Source: Octopus sinensis
Lineage: Eukaryota
Length of the DNA: 64,000 bases
NCBI RefSeq assembly: GCF_006345805.1
Contig: NC_043021.1
Coordinates: 18,166,001 to 18,230,000 of the forward strand
Reading direction: 5' to 3'
Shown: positions 1 to 12,244 of the stretch, in pieces
Numbering within the stretch: the first letter of the stretch is position 1
Layout: every line of letters begins with the position of its first letter
Notes under the pieces: generated by a model
The model's database searches: none
Told to the model about the DNA's origin: nothing
Seen by the model: the letters and a program-made list of their open reading frames with translations, nothing else
Program-made: the position numbers and the translations under genes

Positions 1-470
1 TTCGTGAAGACTAGAGCAAATTATGTAAGTCTTTAAATGAAGTTGTCATATCAGTGGTGCAGTGGATACAGGATCAAAATACACGAGAGGATGAACTGTT
101 GACCCGTCCAATCCTTGATAATTGATATGAACAGGAAGAGGCTAATAGTCATTGGTTCGAAGATGCTGGTGATGTATATGTCTACATCTATCATATATAC
201 ACAGGCACTTGTCATCCCTATGCCTTCCAGAGTAATGTCACGACTTCTCTAGCAGGGTTATCTTTTCTTTAATTTCATTTCCTCAAGTGATCATTATGTA
301 CATGTTATCCCAACTCCCAACCCCAACCCCACACCTGCACACACACTATCATCATCATTATCATCAACATAAAGCAAGGAAGGAATACTAAAGAAAACAT
401 AAGTCATACTTGTAAAGTTGTTGAAATACCATGGGAAGGATAAAGATTACAAATACTCGCTCATGCGCGC

Positions 471-527
471 ACACAGACAGACAGACACACAGACAGACAG
501 ACACACACACACACACACAGACAGACA

Positions 528-570
<43 letters not shown>

Positions 571-576
571 ACACAC
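471..576. repeat. (CA)n/(CAGA)n microsatellite
   Basis: Direct reading of the sequence; it explains ORFs 388..576 and 418..753. Confidence 0.95.
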
Positions 577-1703
577 CTAAAAAAACAAGGGAGCAGGCAA
601 ATTCATGGAGAATTGAAAAAGGTCATACATTTTATTTGTTTATTGAAGTATTATCTCACTACTACTACTACTACTACTACTACTTCTGTTGGTGGTGGTG
701 GTGGTGTTTCTTATAAGTGTCCTCCCTCAGTGGAAGTAATTATAGTTAGTTAAAAAGTTTTTGCAATTTGACTTTGATGAAGAAAACAGAAAAGGGAGAG
801 ACGTGTGTGTATGTTTGTGTGTGTGTGTGTGGTACTAGATATATGGTGGTGTGGTGGTGGTGGTGGTGATGGTTCTAGCAGAGCTGTTCGGCTCTGTTGG
901 CTTTGATTTCTTACTAAAGATGACATAAAATCATGGAATTGTTGATTTACTTAGAGAGAGAGAAGTAAGAAAATAAGGGAGATATTAGAGAGAGAGAGAG
1001 AGAGAAGAAAATAAGGGAGATATTAGAGAGAGTGAGAGTTAAGAAGCAATGAGAATAGAAAGAGAAGTAGACTTTATGCAATGAAAACATTCTATCTTTT
1101 TTAGTATGTTTTTTTCTTTTGGGTTCTTGCATGCATGTGTGTATGTGTGTGCTTCTGTGTATGTATAAATATATGCATGTATATATTTTATCTTTATCTT
1201 TTGATTACTCAGATTGTTTCTTTAGAAAAGAAACTGGTTCCTGGCAATGTGATTTGGTTAACAAAAATGATAAAATGTTACGTCAAACTTTAGAAAAGTC
1301 TTACATATCTTTACTGTACCACTTTTGTAAAGTGTGAGTTAGTCACCTAGTTTGCCTGAAAATCCCTGGTTTTCAAGTCAAGATTGGTGCCAGGTACACC
1401 AATATGTATTATAAACTGAATTTATAATCTGAATAAGGAAGCTATAGGTTTCTTGAAGGCAGCTATCTGTAAACATTGTCTTCTTCACTGAATTTGAATA
1501 AAATGCTCATATCTGCTGGGTAGCTGACCCCTATGACCGTACATAATTTTTCTTTTCTGTCCCTTACAATTATATCAGGTTATTTATTTATTTGTTTGCA
1601 TTTGGCAGAAGTGTTAATGAGAATATTTCTTGTGCTCTCTCTCACACACACACACCAATATTCCTTTTATTCAAACACACACACATACACACATGCATGC
1701 ACA

Positions 1704-2118
1704 TACTCTTTACTCTTTTACTTGTTTCAGTCATTTGACTGCGGCCATGCTGGAGCACCACCTTTAGTCGAGCAATTCGACCCCAGGACTTATTCTTTGT
1801 AAGCCCAGTACTTATTCTATCGGTCTCTTTTGCCGAACCGCTAAGTGACGGGGACATAAACACACCAGCATCGGTTGTCAAGCAATGCTAGGGGGACAAA
1901 CACAGACACACAAACACATACACACACATACATATATATACATACATATATACGACAGGCTTCTTTCAGTTTCCGTCTACCAAATCCACTCACAAGGCAT
2001 TGGTCGGCCCGAGGCTATAGTAGAAGACACTTGCCCAAGATGCCACGCAGTGGGACTGAACCAGGAACCATGTGGTTGGTAAACAAGCTACTTACCACAC
2101 AGCCACTCCTGCGCCTAT
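1704..2118 (-). mobile_element. Family A tRNA-derived SINE, full length, with internal (TA/TG)n microsatellite
   Basis: Minus strand starts GGCGCAGGAGTGGCTGTGTGG (A box) and GGTTCAGTCCC (B box) and ends ...GACTGAAACAAGTAAAAGAGTA. Near-identical copies at 31390, 53845 and 62701. Confidence 0.9.
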
Positions 2119-2643
2119 ATTTGGAATGTATGTTTGTGAGGCATGTATAAATTGAAATTTGTATAACACTCTACATTTAGTTACATACACAAATACACAC
2201 ACACACACACACGTATGAATTAATATTAAAATTAAACTGCTGTTGTATGAAACACCTATATCAGTTGATTCATTAGGTGATGAGTGAATTAGAAGGCTGA
2301 TTTGTCTGTTTAATGATTTGTTCATAACTGCGAATGCTCAATGTTGCAATCCGTGTAACAAACAAACAAACAAACACAGCAACATAGAAACAAGAAACTA
2401 AAAAAAAAAAGAAAAGAAAAAAAGAGAATTGTATTAAGACGATGTTGAGGTGATTATTTTAGTGTTGTCTGTACTTTTGTATTGGTAGACCATCATTATC
2501 ACCATCATTTTTATCATCATCGTTATCATTACCATTGTCATCTTCCTCCTACATTATCATTTGTCTTCATTTTTATGCTTAAGGAACAATTGTTACATTC
2601 ATTTGAATGTGCATTGTATTGCTGCTTCGCTTGCCGCTGCTTC

Positions 2644-2674
<31 letters not shown>

Positions 2675-2805
2675 TCTCTCTAAGGTACACATTCACACAA
2701 ACAGATATTTACATTGACACATACATTCAGACATAACGCCCACTCACACATATTTACAAGTGAGTGTGGAGAGGCACGTCTCACCACTATCTATGCACCC
2801 CTATA

Positions 2806-2810
2806 TGTAT

Positions 2811-2854
<44 letters not shown>

Positions 2855-2886
2855 GTGTTCAGTATACCCCCCACATATACATATAC

Positions 2887-2953
<67 letters not shown>

Positions 2954-2963
2954 ATATATATAT
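2806..2963. repeat. (TA)n microsatellite block
   Basis: Direct reading; source of the IYIY ORFs. Confidence 0.95.
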
Positions 2964-3427
2964 GTGTTCGATATACCCCCCACATATACATACAGATGTC
3001 AGCATTACTGCAGACACCCATCAATCTTCTCTCTCTCTCTCTCTCTGCCCCCACTCAGACACAATTGTGCTGAAGATAGAATTAATGAAATGGACAGAAT
3101 CTAAAATTACTCTCTGAATAAAATCAGAAACCGTGTGTCTGTTAGGAAAAGATGTTCAAATATTGAATTGTTTTACAGTGCTGCTGCTGCTGCCGAATGC
3201 CATTTCATTAACATAGTGTAGACTGTAGATTGTTTTCTTTTGTGTAAAAAACACAGGCAGGGCTGCTTCACAATCACATGGTTTTTTTTGGTTACAATCT
3301 ACTGGACACCACCTTGGGCAAGAATTTTTACCATAGCCTCAGACTAACCAAAGACTGAAGAATGAAAGTTGATAGATAGAAACTGTGTAGAAACCCGGTG
3401 GAGGGACTGACCATTCCTGTTCTTGAG

Positions 3428-4083
3428 GCCAAAACTGAATACATAAACAAGTGCCTGTCCAACAGTGATTGCATCATCCACACTCTCAACAGTGCACCTT
3501 TAAATATGGTTTCTGATTATAAATATCTTGGGTCATACATATCATCATCTGGAAAAGACTTTCTAACTAGAAAGGGTATGGCCTGGTCAGCCTGTAATGA
3601 CATGCATAAGATCTGGTCATCAAATCTAAGTAGAGACTTCAAACTTGAAATATTCAAAGCCACAGTCGAACCAATCCTACTATATGGCTCAGAAACCTGG
3701 ACGTTATCAAAGAAGCTTGAGAGGCGGTTGGATGGAACCTACACTCGCCTCCTTATGAGAGCTCAAAATCTCTCGTGGAGGCGCCATCCAACTAAAATGC
3801 AAATATATGGGAAATTACCACCTGTGTCATCTCTTGTGAAAGGTAGGAGAGTCCAGTTTGCTGGACATTGTTGTAGAGCTGAAAAAGAAGTAATTTCTAC
3901 TCTTCTCCTCTGGAAGCCATCTACTCGCAACACCAGAGGGCACACACTCTCCTACCCTGATGTAATCTCCAGGGATACAGGCATCCAGCAACAGGACCTC
4001 CGTAATGCTATGATGGACCGTGAAGTCTGGCGCAACATGGTAAATTCCATTGTCTCGACCACGGTCAAACAATGATGATGATG
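3428..4083 (+). mobile_element. 5'-truncated RTE-clade non-LTR retrotransposon (RT C-terminal/thumb region), uninterrupted frame
   Basis: Peptide contains KTEY, YKYLGS, LLYGSETW, RRVQFAGHC and DREVWR. Stop codon lies in an (ATG)n tail. Perfect 15-bp TSD ATTCCTGTTCTTGAG at 3413-3427 and 4084-4098. The GTG start of the listed ORF (3398) lies outside the element. Confidence 0.92.
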
Positions 4084-4581
4084 ATTCCTGTTCTTGAGAG
4101 ACAGACTTAATCTGTCATCAAGGAAAAGGATTAAGCACCAACACCTAGTCTTTGGGTGTCTTCAGTGGGGTACAGTCTGTTGCAAGTACTTGCGCTGGGT
4201 CTAAGGATAATCACCTCTTCAAAGGTTTCGAAAATGGTCATAGGTGCTGTTTTCCCATCTCTAAGTAATAAAACGAAACAGAGATTAGTGGATAAAACAC
4301 TGAGCTAGCAACCTAGAGATGTTGTGTTCAAATTATGTAATATCAAAATATTAGTTGACTAAATTTTGTAATCTCTTCCTTCATAATTATTTTAATGCTT
4401 ACTGTATTAAATCAGTTAACACACTAACTTAACTATTATTTTTCCATTGTGTTCATGTTCATAGGGTTATACAATTAATTCTGGTCTCCTCATATGACTT
4501 AGTTCTTTGAAATGGCTGATTGTTTGGAAATAGAAACTGATACACAATTTTTTTGCTTCAAATTTTTAAAGGTTTCTTAGC

Positions 4582-4615
<34 letters not shown>

Positions 4616-5157
4616 CTGGAAGTTTAATAGAGACTGGTAGCTTCTTCCAGAGTTCATAAGCCACTTCAAAGGATTCTTTCAAAGGCAGAATAGCTTCAAT
4701 TCACATTATGAGTATGTGTTTCATTGTTTCTGATCAGGACACCTAATTGTACTCACCTATTACAAATAAACTTAACTTCTTTTATGTGCTCTCTCTCCCT
4801 CATCAAGGACCCCAGGTACTATACAGCATGGTGATGATTCTGAGCCAGAATGTCTATCAAATCTCAGCAGCACCACCACAACCACCACCAAACCTTTCTG
4901 TTGAAGAATTAGAATAAAGTACACTTCTTTTGTATTTTATAAGTTAGTCAAAAAGTGTAGGAAATACCTGTGACCTTTCAAGGTCATCTGCTGGTCAGTA
5001 TCTGAAAGGAGGAGGAGATGGAGAGTGAACTGCAGACATTTGATCCAGTACTTGCAACAGTCTGTTAAAAGCATCTAGAATCGGTATTAGTCTTATGCCA
5101 CGAGTGTTTAGGATTGAGATGTGTAGAAATTTACTGTTTTAAAAATGCATCCAGTCT

Positions 5158-5551
5158 GGATGGATGGAAGCACTCCGTCGGTTACGATGATGAGGGTTCC
5201 GGTTGATCCGAATCAACGGAACAGCCTGCTCGTGAAATTAACGTGTAAGTGGCTGAGCACTCCACAGACACGTGCACCCTTAACGTAGTTCTCGGGGATA
5301 TTCAGCGTGACACAGAGAGTGACAAGGCCGGCCCCTTGAAATACAGGTACAACAGAAACAGGAAGTAAGAGTGAGAGAAAGTTGTGGTGAAAGAGTACAG
5401 CAGGGATCACCACCATCCCCCGCCGGAGCCTCGTGGAGCTTTTAGGTGTTTTCGCTCAATAAACACTCACAACGCCCGGTCTGGGTATCGAAACCGCGAT
5501 CCTATGACTGCGAGTCCGCTGCCCTAACCACTGGCCCATTGCGCCTCCACT
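5158..5551 (-). mobile_element. Family B tRNA-derived SINE, full length
   Basis: Minus-strand head GGAGGCGCAATGGGCCAGTGG...GGTTTCGATACC; (TCCA)n tail; 10-bp TSD CATCCAGTCT at 5148-5157 and 5552-5561; second copy at 30261. Confidence 0.9.
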
Positions 5552-5627
5552 CATCCAGTCTATAGGAACATAGAAAAAAGTGGAGCCAAATGAGAATTCC
5601 AGCCTTATTAGCTGAAGGTTTTATAGT

Positions 5628-5808
5628 TTATTCTTTTACTTGTTTCAGTCATTTGACTGCAGCCATGCTGGAGCACCTGCCTTGGAGGATTTTAGTCAAA
5701 CAAATTGACCCCCAGGACTTATTTTTTAAGCCTAGAACTTATTCTATCAGTATCTTTTTGCTGAACTGCTAAGTTACAGGGATATAAACATAGCAGCACC
5801 GTTTGTCA
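5628..5808 (-). mobile_element. Family A SINE, 3' half only (older copy)
   Basis: Matches CTTGTTTCAGTCATTTGACTGC...GCTGGAGCAC of the full copies. Confidence 0.8.
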
Positions 5809-7206
5809 ATTTTTATGATCTAAAGGCTAACTCCATGAGTAAATTAAAAACATTCCAAGCCGAATCTGGACCTGCAATCCTGAAATTTTGGATTCCTATG
5901 TTTTTATTACTGCGATTATTTTTGGCTATTTTTTTTTTACATGATTTTTTTGTGATGAATATGATCATCATTGGGATATGACTCTGGAGGAAGCAATTGC
6001 ACCAAATTCTCCAAAACAAGTCAGAGACCTGTTTGCAGATCTTCCCATTCAGGGTCAGTTACTTAAAAGCTATATACTAGCTTAAAAGCTACCCGACAGG
6101 GTGGCTTTTGAGCTAGTATTTGCTATAAATATGATTGTGTGGTTCTCCTAGCTGGCAGTGTGTGTCTTTGATGGCATTTGAACTAGACACACACATTTTT
6201 CCATACCGTGAAACCTAATACAAGGCACTTTAAAATACTTAATAGCAGGTATATCTATTGTATCATCAGAACTAAAGTCTTGCTCCTGGCTTTGGAGATT
6301 TTTCTACACACCTTACATATATATATATAAATATATATATATATGTATATATTCAATTTCATTAAGGTATTTTGATAGAACCATACTGCTTGTTATTTTG
6401 GAAGATTCTTGATGTCAGTTAAATTACTGGTATTAGGGTTTACAGTACCATATTTCTCCTGAATGTTAATTGGAAGGTGAGATGATGAAGAAAAGTCAAA
6501 ATCTAGGTTCTATGTTAAGTAAATCATTTACCAAGAAAGATTTGTGAGACAAGCCTAGGTGTGCAAGTGCGGCCTGCATGCGTGTGTATGTACATACATA
6601 CATACATACATATAATGTGTGTGTGTGTGTGTGGTGTGTGTGTGTATCATATTGAAAAAACTGGCTGTAACTGATAAATCATAAAGAAATAATAATGAAA
6701 GTTAAGATTAAAATAAAACAAGGAGTATGAGAATCAAAATGAAGGAAAAAAATGAAGAAAATACAAAAAAACAAACTAATTGGACTAGAAACAAGTAATG
6801 AGAGAGAGAGAGAGAGAGAAAGAGATTGTGGTTTTCTATATTGTTAGTGAGAATAAATTACTAATCCCTGTTTTAGTGAAGATAAATTAGACCTGAACAG
6901 CCTGTAAAATAGATGGAAGAGACCTCATTACGGTGTGTGTATAAGTGTAAGGGGAATTGTACTGACAAAAGTGTGATTATTCTTGTAGATTACACTAATT
7001 AAGTAACCTGCTCCTGCTAAAGAAGTTCCATCAGGTTTAACAAAATGGTTCATCACTTTATCCCTACTTCTCTCTTTCTTTATTGTCTCCATTCCTCACT
7101 TCTACCTTTCTACTCATTCATCCATAATGACCTTGGCTTCACAGGTAGGAATATAACAAGGTAGCAAGGGGAACTAGATACACACTATATATATATATAA
7201 TATATA

Positions 7207-7251
<45 letters not shown>

Positions 7252-7254
7252 GTG

Positions 7255-7420
7255 AAGATGCATGGCTTAGTTGTTAGGGTATTCAGTTTCCTGATTGTAA
7301 GATCATGAGTTCAATTCCTGGTGACATGTTCTTGAGCAAGAAACTTTATTTCACATTGCTCCAGTCCACTCAGCTAGTATAAAGGAATAGTACCTGTATT
7401 TCAAAGGTCAGCCTTGTCAC
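7255..7420 (+). mobile_element. Older family-B-related tRNA SINE fragment
   Basis: TGGCTTAGTTG A-box-like and GAGTTCAATTCC B-box-like motifs; TACCTGTATTTCAAAGGTCAGCCTTGTCAC is shared with family B. Confidence 0.65.
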
Positions 7421-7604
7421 AAGGAGGAGAAACTAGTTTCTGGATGCAGGCTTAGCTGGATGGAGGTGCTTGTCTCCCCCTTGTAAACATAAGGACACTG
7501 GAAATGTGTCAAGGCCGACAGGAAGTGTTGATGCTTCCTAGGGCTAAATAGCACTGGTGTGATTCCCTTCATGAGACCGTCACATTAAGTTGACAGTATA
7601 CAAC

Positions 7605-7651
<47 letters not shown>

Positions 7652-8830
7652 ATATACACACATACATATACATATAAAGGCCTTTTGGCTTTGAAATAGC
7701 ATAAGACAAGACCTGCAGAAGTAAACACAAATAGGAAAATATTTTATAAAGCTTGAAATGGAAAATAGAGAAATAGAAAGGATAAACTGAAATATGTATA
7801 CAATGAGAAGGAAAACAAAAATTTAATGACAATTGTTGGCAATTCTAAAGAAGGAGGAGGTATTATTTCAAGACATCAAGAATAAAGTTTTGATTTGAAT
7901 AACATCCTTGGGGAAAAGGACAATGTTATCTTTAAGAGATAATTGGTTGCTATGGACACGTTGTTGTGGTCTCAGTCCACAGGAAGTGGCTGACCATGAG
8001 AAGTTACCAACTGTAGGTTACACTGCTAGGAAGTGGTATACTGGGAGAAGAAAAAAATATTTACTTGTGGTTGGGGGCAACTAGAATACAGGTAGGTAAA
8101 TAGAGCTGTGGTATTGAGATAATTAGATCAAAGGTGATGGCACAGGTTAGTGTTGGCTGTGATATACAATACTGTGTAATAAACCATTCTAAGCATAAAG
8201 AAGCTAAGGAAGTTGTTTGGTTTAGGAATTTCAAAGAAAACGTGCTGAGTATTCTGTGAGAAATTGCATAGCAAAATAAGCACAGTAGAGCCATTAAGTA
8301 GGTGTAAAACAGCTGTTGTTGTTGTTGAAGTAGCAAGCAGCAGTAGTCGGTTGGGTGGGTATATTTTTGTGTTGATTACTCATTCACTAATTTAGTTTCT
8401 CTTGATCCTGTCATTAAATCTGCACAGTTTCTCTTCCCCCTTACTGGTTGGTGTAAACTCTATTCATAAAAACCGAAACTAATTACGTCAACAGTAGAAA
8501 CAACAATTCTTAGCACTGATACTGTAACTGTCTGTTTATTGGGAGTTTTAGAAAAAAATCTCTCTCTCTCTGCTAAAGTTTGTCAATTCTTGTTTTAGTA
8601 TCAACTTGGTAAATGGTAGCCAGAACCCAGCCCACCATTACATAATACTGTCAATCACTGGTCCTCCACTATTGTTTGTCTCATTCGCCTCCCTGCTCTT
8701 CTTACCTTCTTTCCACAATACAGCTTTTTAGCCTTTTGTCCTCCACTGACCTATATATTACCTCTGTCTCTCCTAATGAACCAAACTCTCAAATTATCAC
8801 ACACGCACACACACACACACACACACACAA

Positions 8831-8985
8831 GGTGGGTGTGTTATTAAAAAGTTTGCTTTCCAACCACATGATTTTGGGTTCAATTGCACTGCATGACACC
8901 CTGGGCATGTGTCTTTTACTATAGACCTGGACCAAACAGTCTTGCAAGTGGATTTAGTCAATGGAAACTGAAAGAAGCCGATGTA
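8831..8985 (+). mobile_element. Family A SINE, degenerate 5' half
   Basis: Similar to the head and GGAAACTGAAAGAAGCC of family A; ends in (TG)n. Confidence 0.7.
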
Positions 8986-9039
8986 TGTGTGTGTGTGTGT
9001 GTGTGTGCATGCACACACATACACTGATATTTTTTAGGT

Positions 9040-9220
9040 TGGAGGGGTGGCTAGTCAATTACATCAACCCTAGTGCTCAACTGATCCCTATTTTATCAAC
9101 CCTAGAAGGATGAAAGCTAAAATCAACCTCAGTCATATTTGAAATGAGAATGTAAAAGCAGAAGAAATGCTACAAAATATTTTGTCTGGCATACTAACAA
9201 TCCTGCCATGTCACTGCCCT

Positions 9221-9222
<2 letters not shown>
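9040..9222 (-). mobile_element. Family C tRNA-derived SINE, degenerate
   Basis: Contains GAAGGATGAAAGCTAAAATCAACCTCAG, matching the family C core. Confidence 0.7.
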
Positions 9223-9251
<29 letters not shown>

Positions 9252-9329
9252 CAACAACAATCCTTTCTACTAAAGGCACAAGGCCTGAAATTTTGGGGGA
9301 AGGGACTGATCGATTTCATCTGGTACTTA

Positions 9330-10574
9330 CTATAAAAATCCATGTAATTTGTAAACCTGTGTAATCTATGCAGGTGATTTTCAGGATAAAATTTGTTGAA
9401 GAAAGCTTCTACTCATGTAAAATTCGTACCCAAAAGTTTTTAGAATTGCCAATATAGCCAGGGGAAAAAGGTTTTCAATTTAGTTATATGTAGCATAATT
9501 TCATTTACTTATGATTAGATTTTATTAAATTTTTGTTAAATAAAAATAATTTCTGTTTAACAGATATCACATTGAAAGCTGTTAAATTATAAAGTGTTTG
9601 TGTTGTTTATAATAAACTTTATTTTACATTTCTTGCCCACAAGAGATTATGTTTGATCTTCAGCATTCTTCTGTATGTCTTCTCAAATCACGATCACGGA
9701 AAAAGTTAAGAATTACCAAGAAAAACAAAACTGATAAATACACACAGGTGTTGCAAATTAAGTTTAATTACCAATAAACATCAGCTTGGATGACACTTTA
9801 CTCAACCGACAGAGTAAGGTGACCGATCAAACTGATTATGTAAACAGAATTCTTTTCCCCCCTATTCTTGTGGGAACCTTTGATATGGAGTATTGAAATT
9901 TTAATCCCTTTCACTGTTATAAAATGTCAAGCAAACTTTAGTATTTGTCATTACTGTTATTGTCAGTATGGACAGAAATTATGAATCATTTACAGCGAAA
10001 GAGAAATTAAATATGTTGAATATGTGTTTCAATGTGGCAATAGAGCTGCTGGGAGGCATTTTAATGTTAATAAAGCTAATGTTCAAAATTGGCACAAACA
10101 GTATGACAAACTTAAAACTGTGCTTGGTAATAGACAGACAAAACTAAAAACATACAATCAAAATTATCTATATCATTACATTTTTTCTGTCTGGAATATC
10201 CATATTACTATGTATGTCAGTGGTGCTCCATTGCGTTAGGAAGAAACTCCAAGCAATGTAAAATAAACGTCAGACTTCAAAAAGTAGTTAACCATTTAAT
10301 GGTTTTAGTAAATTTATACAGAAAAAGTAAGCATTATACTGTCCAGCATAAATAAAAGTCAGCTTCCTTATATTTAAGCCATTATTTTTTCTGTAAAAAC
10401 CTATTCTGACATTAAATGAGTTAACTTCTGGTACGAATGTTTACGTTTTGTACATCTTTTTCCAACAAAAAAATTTCAAAAAAATTTCTGGAAATGATCT
10501 ACTTATAGTTTATGTACCTAAAGTTTATTTTTATTTTTGTGAAGAAAGTGCGTAAATTACATGAGTTTTTAAGG
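9330..10574 (+). mobile_element. Pogo-family (Tc1/mariner superfamily) non-autonomous DNA transposon, inserted at TA inside a family C SINE
   Basis: Imperfect TIRs CTATAAAAATCCATGTAATTT / AAATTACATGAGTTTTTAAGG flanked by TA (9328-9329 and 10575-10576). Subterminal inverted match around ATTCGTACC/GGTACGAAT. The flanks rejoin into the SINE C motif GGTACTTA|TTTTATTGACCCC. Confidence 0.75.
9968..10140 (+). pseudogene. Frameshifted transposase N-terminal Brinker-type helix-turn-helix DNA-binding domain
   Basis: With one frameshift it reads MDRNYESFTAKEKL/KYVEYVFQCGNRAAGRHFNVNKANVQNWHKQ, resembling the BrkDBD of POGK-like pogo transposases. No DDE region is present. Confidence 0.7.
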
Positions 10575-11123
10575 TATTTTATTGACCCCAAAAAGATGAA
10601 AGCAAAGTCAACCTCAGCGGAATTTGAACTCGGAAAGTAAGGATGGATGAAATGTCACTAAGCATTTTACCTGGTGTGCTAACGATTCTGTCAGCTCACC
10701 ACCTTTACAATAATAATAACAATCCTTTCTACCAAAAGCACAAGGCTTCAAATTTGGAGGAAGGGATTAAGTCAATTACATTGATCCCCAGTGCATAACT
10801 GGTACTAATTTTATTGATCCCGAAAGGATGAAAAGCAAAGTTGACCTCGGCGGAATTTGAACTCAGAACATAGTGGCAGATGAAATACTTATTTCTTTAC
10901 TACCCATAAGGGGCTAAACACAGAGAGGACAAACAAGGATGGACACACAGATTAAGTCGATTACATCGACCCCAGTGTGTAACTGGTACTTAATTTATCG
11001 ACCCCGAAAGGATGAAAGATAAAGTCGACCTCGGCGGAATTTGAACTCAGAACGTAACGGCAGACAAAATACGGCTACGCATTTCGCCCGGCAGGCTAAC
11101 GATTCTGCCAGCTCGTTGCCTTA
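10575..11123 (-). mobile_element. Cluster of three family C SINE copies, same orientation
   Basis: Repeated GAAAGGATGAAAG-CAAAGTCGACCTCGGCGGAATTTGAACTCAGAAC cores; the last copy is full length with A and B boxes. Confidence 0.85.
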
Positions 11124-11971
11124 ATAATAATGATGATGATGATGATGATAATAATAATTCAGCACTAGGTGTTAAAATGTTGCTTTGTTGAAATGAAGCT
11201 CAAATGCACACGAATACACTTAGAATATAGCTATGACTGCTGAAGTTGTACTTTCTCAAGACATATTCAGTTTATATTCAGCTTTAAACAATTTCTCTAC
11301 GTACTTTTGGACACATAAGACCGATTGAAATTTCTTTGCATGTCGGTGTTGTTCGTGCTCAGTGAACCATATCCAGAATCCGGTTTGAAGCACTTTCTTT
11401 TTTCATGTGTCAGACTTTAATTATAAACATATTGCAACAACCTTTCAGAATCACCACAAATATACAGTTGTTGTCGTTGTTGTTGTTTAACTATAGCTTG
11501 CAGTTTAATGTTGACTGAGGAAACTATGCAATCAAAAGAATTCTAGGAAATGACTCTATCCTGTATTTTTAGGGTTTATCTAGGGCTACATAATCCACTG
11601 TGTTTTGAAGACGGTGAGGTGTGATTCGAGGAAGGTTTGGTTGATATTTCCAGCAAGTCATGTAACCATGTAGAGACACCTTTAGTGACTAATAGAGCAT
11701 TGTGTGTTAAATTGGGTTGGGCTATTAGGAGACAGACGGGTGGAGTGGAGTAAAATATAGGTCAGTGGTAGTCCATTGGTTGGAGAGTTGCACCATAGGA
11801 GAGACAGGGATATAATATAGATCAGTGGTAGACTAGTAGTCAGAGCTAGGAGGGAGTGTATGGCAGAGGTAGGTGAATGGAAGAGCATTGGCTTGAAGCA
11901 GTTTGTATGATTGAGTGTTGTATTAGTATCTACTGAATTCTTTGTGTTGGAAGAAAGGACCAGACCTTGTT

Positions 11972-12218
11972 ATCATCATCTTCATCATCATCGTTTAACG
12001 TCCGTTTTCCGCGCTAGCACGGGTTGGACGGTTTCGACCGGGGTCTGGGGAGCTAGGGACTGCCCCAGGCTCCAGTCTAGTCTGGCAGTGTTTCTACAGC
12101 TGGATGCCCTTCCTAACGCCAACCACTCCGCGAGTGTAGTGGGTGTTTTTTACGTGCCACCTGCACAGGTGCCAGAGGGGTCTGGCATCGGCCACGTTCG
12201 GATGGTGCTTTTTATGTG
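11972..12218 (-). mobile_element. Family D RTE-tailed short retroposon
   Basis: (ATG)n tail; GTGGTTGGCGTTAGGAAGGGCATCCAGC motif; GGAAAACGGACGTTAAACG 3' end. Confidence 0.85.
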
Positions 12219-12244
12219 GGGGGTGGGTGCAGAAATATATAATA

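Noticed and set aside
1642-2150. Recurrent ORFs (MSSNARGTNTDTQ..., MTTDAGVFMSP...) as a gene family
   Set aside because: They recur only because they lie in family A SINE copies (also at 31.5, 54.0 and 62.9 kb).
5470-5551. tRNA genes at SINE heads (families A, B and C)
   Set aside because: A and B boxes are present, but they continue into SINE bodies with tails and TSDs; I could not build a complete cloverleaf with an acceptor stem.
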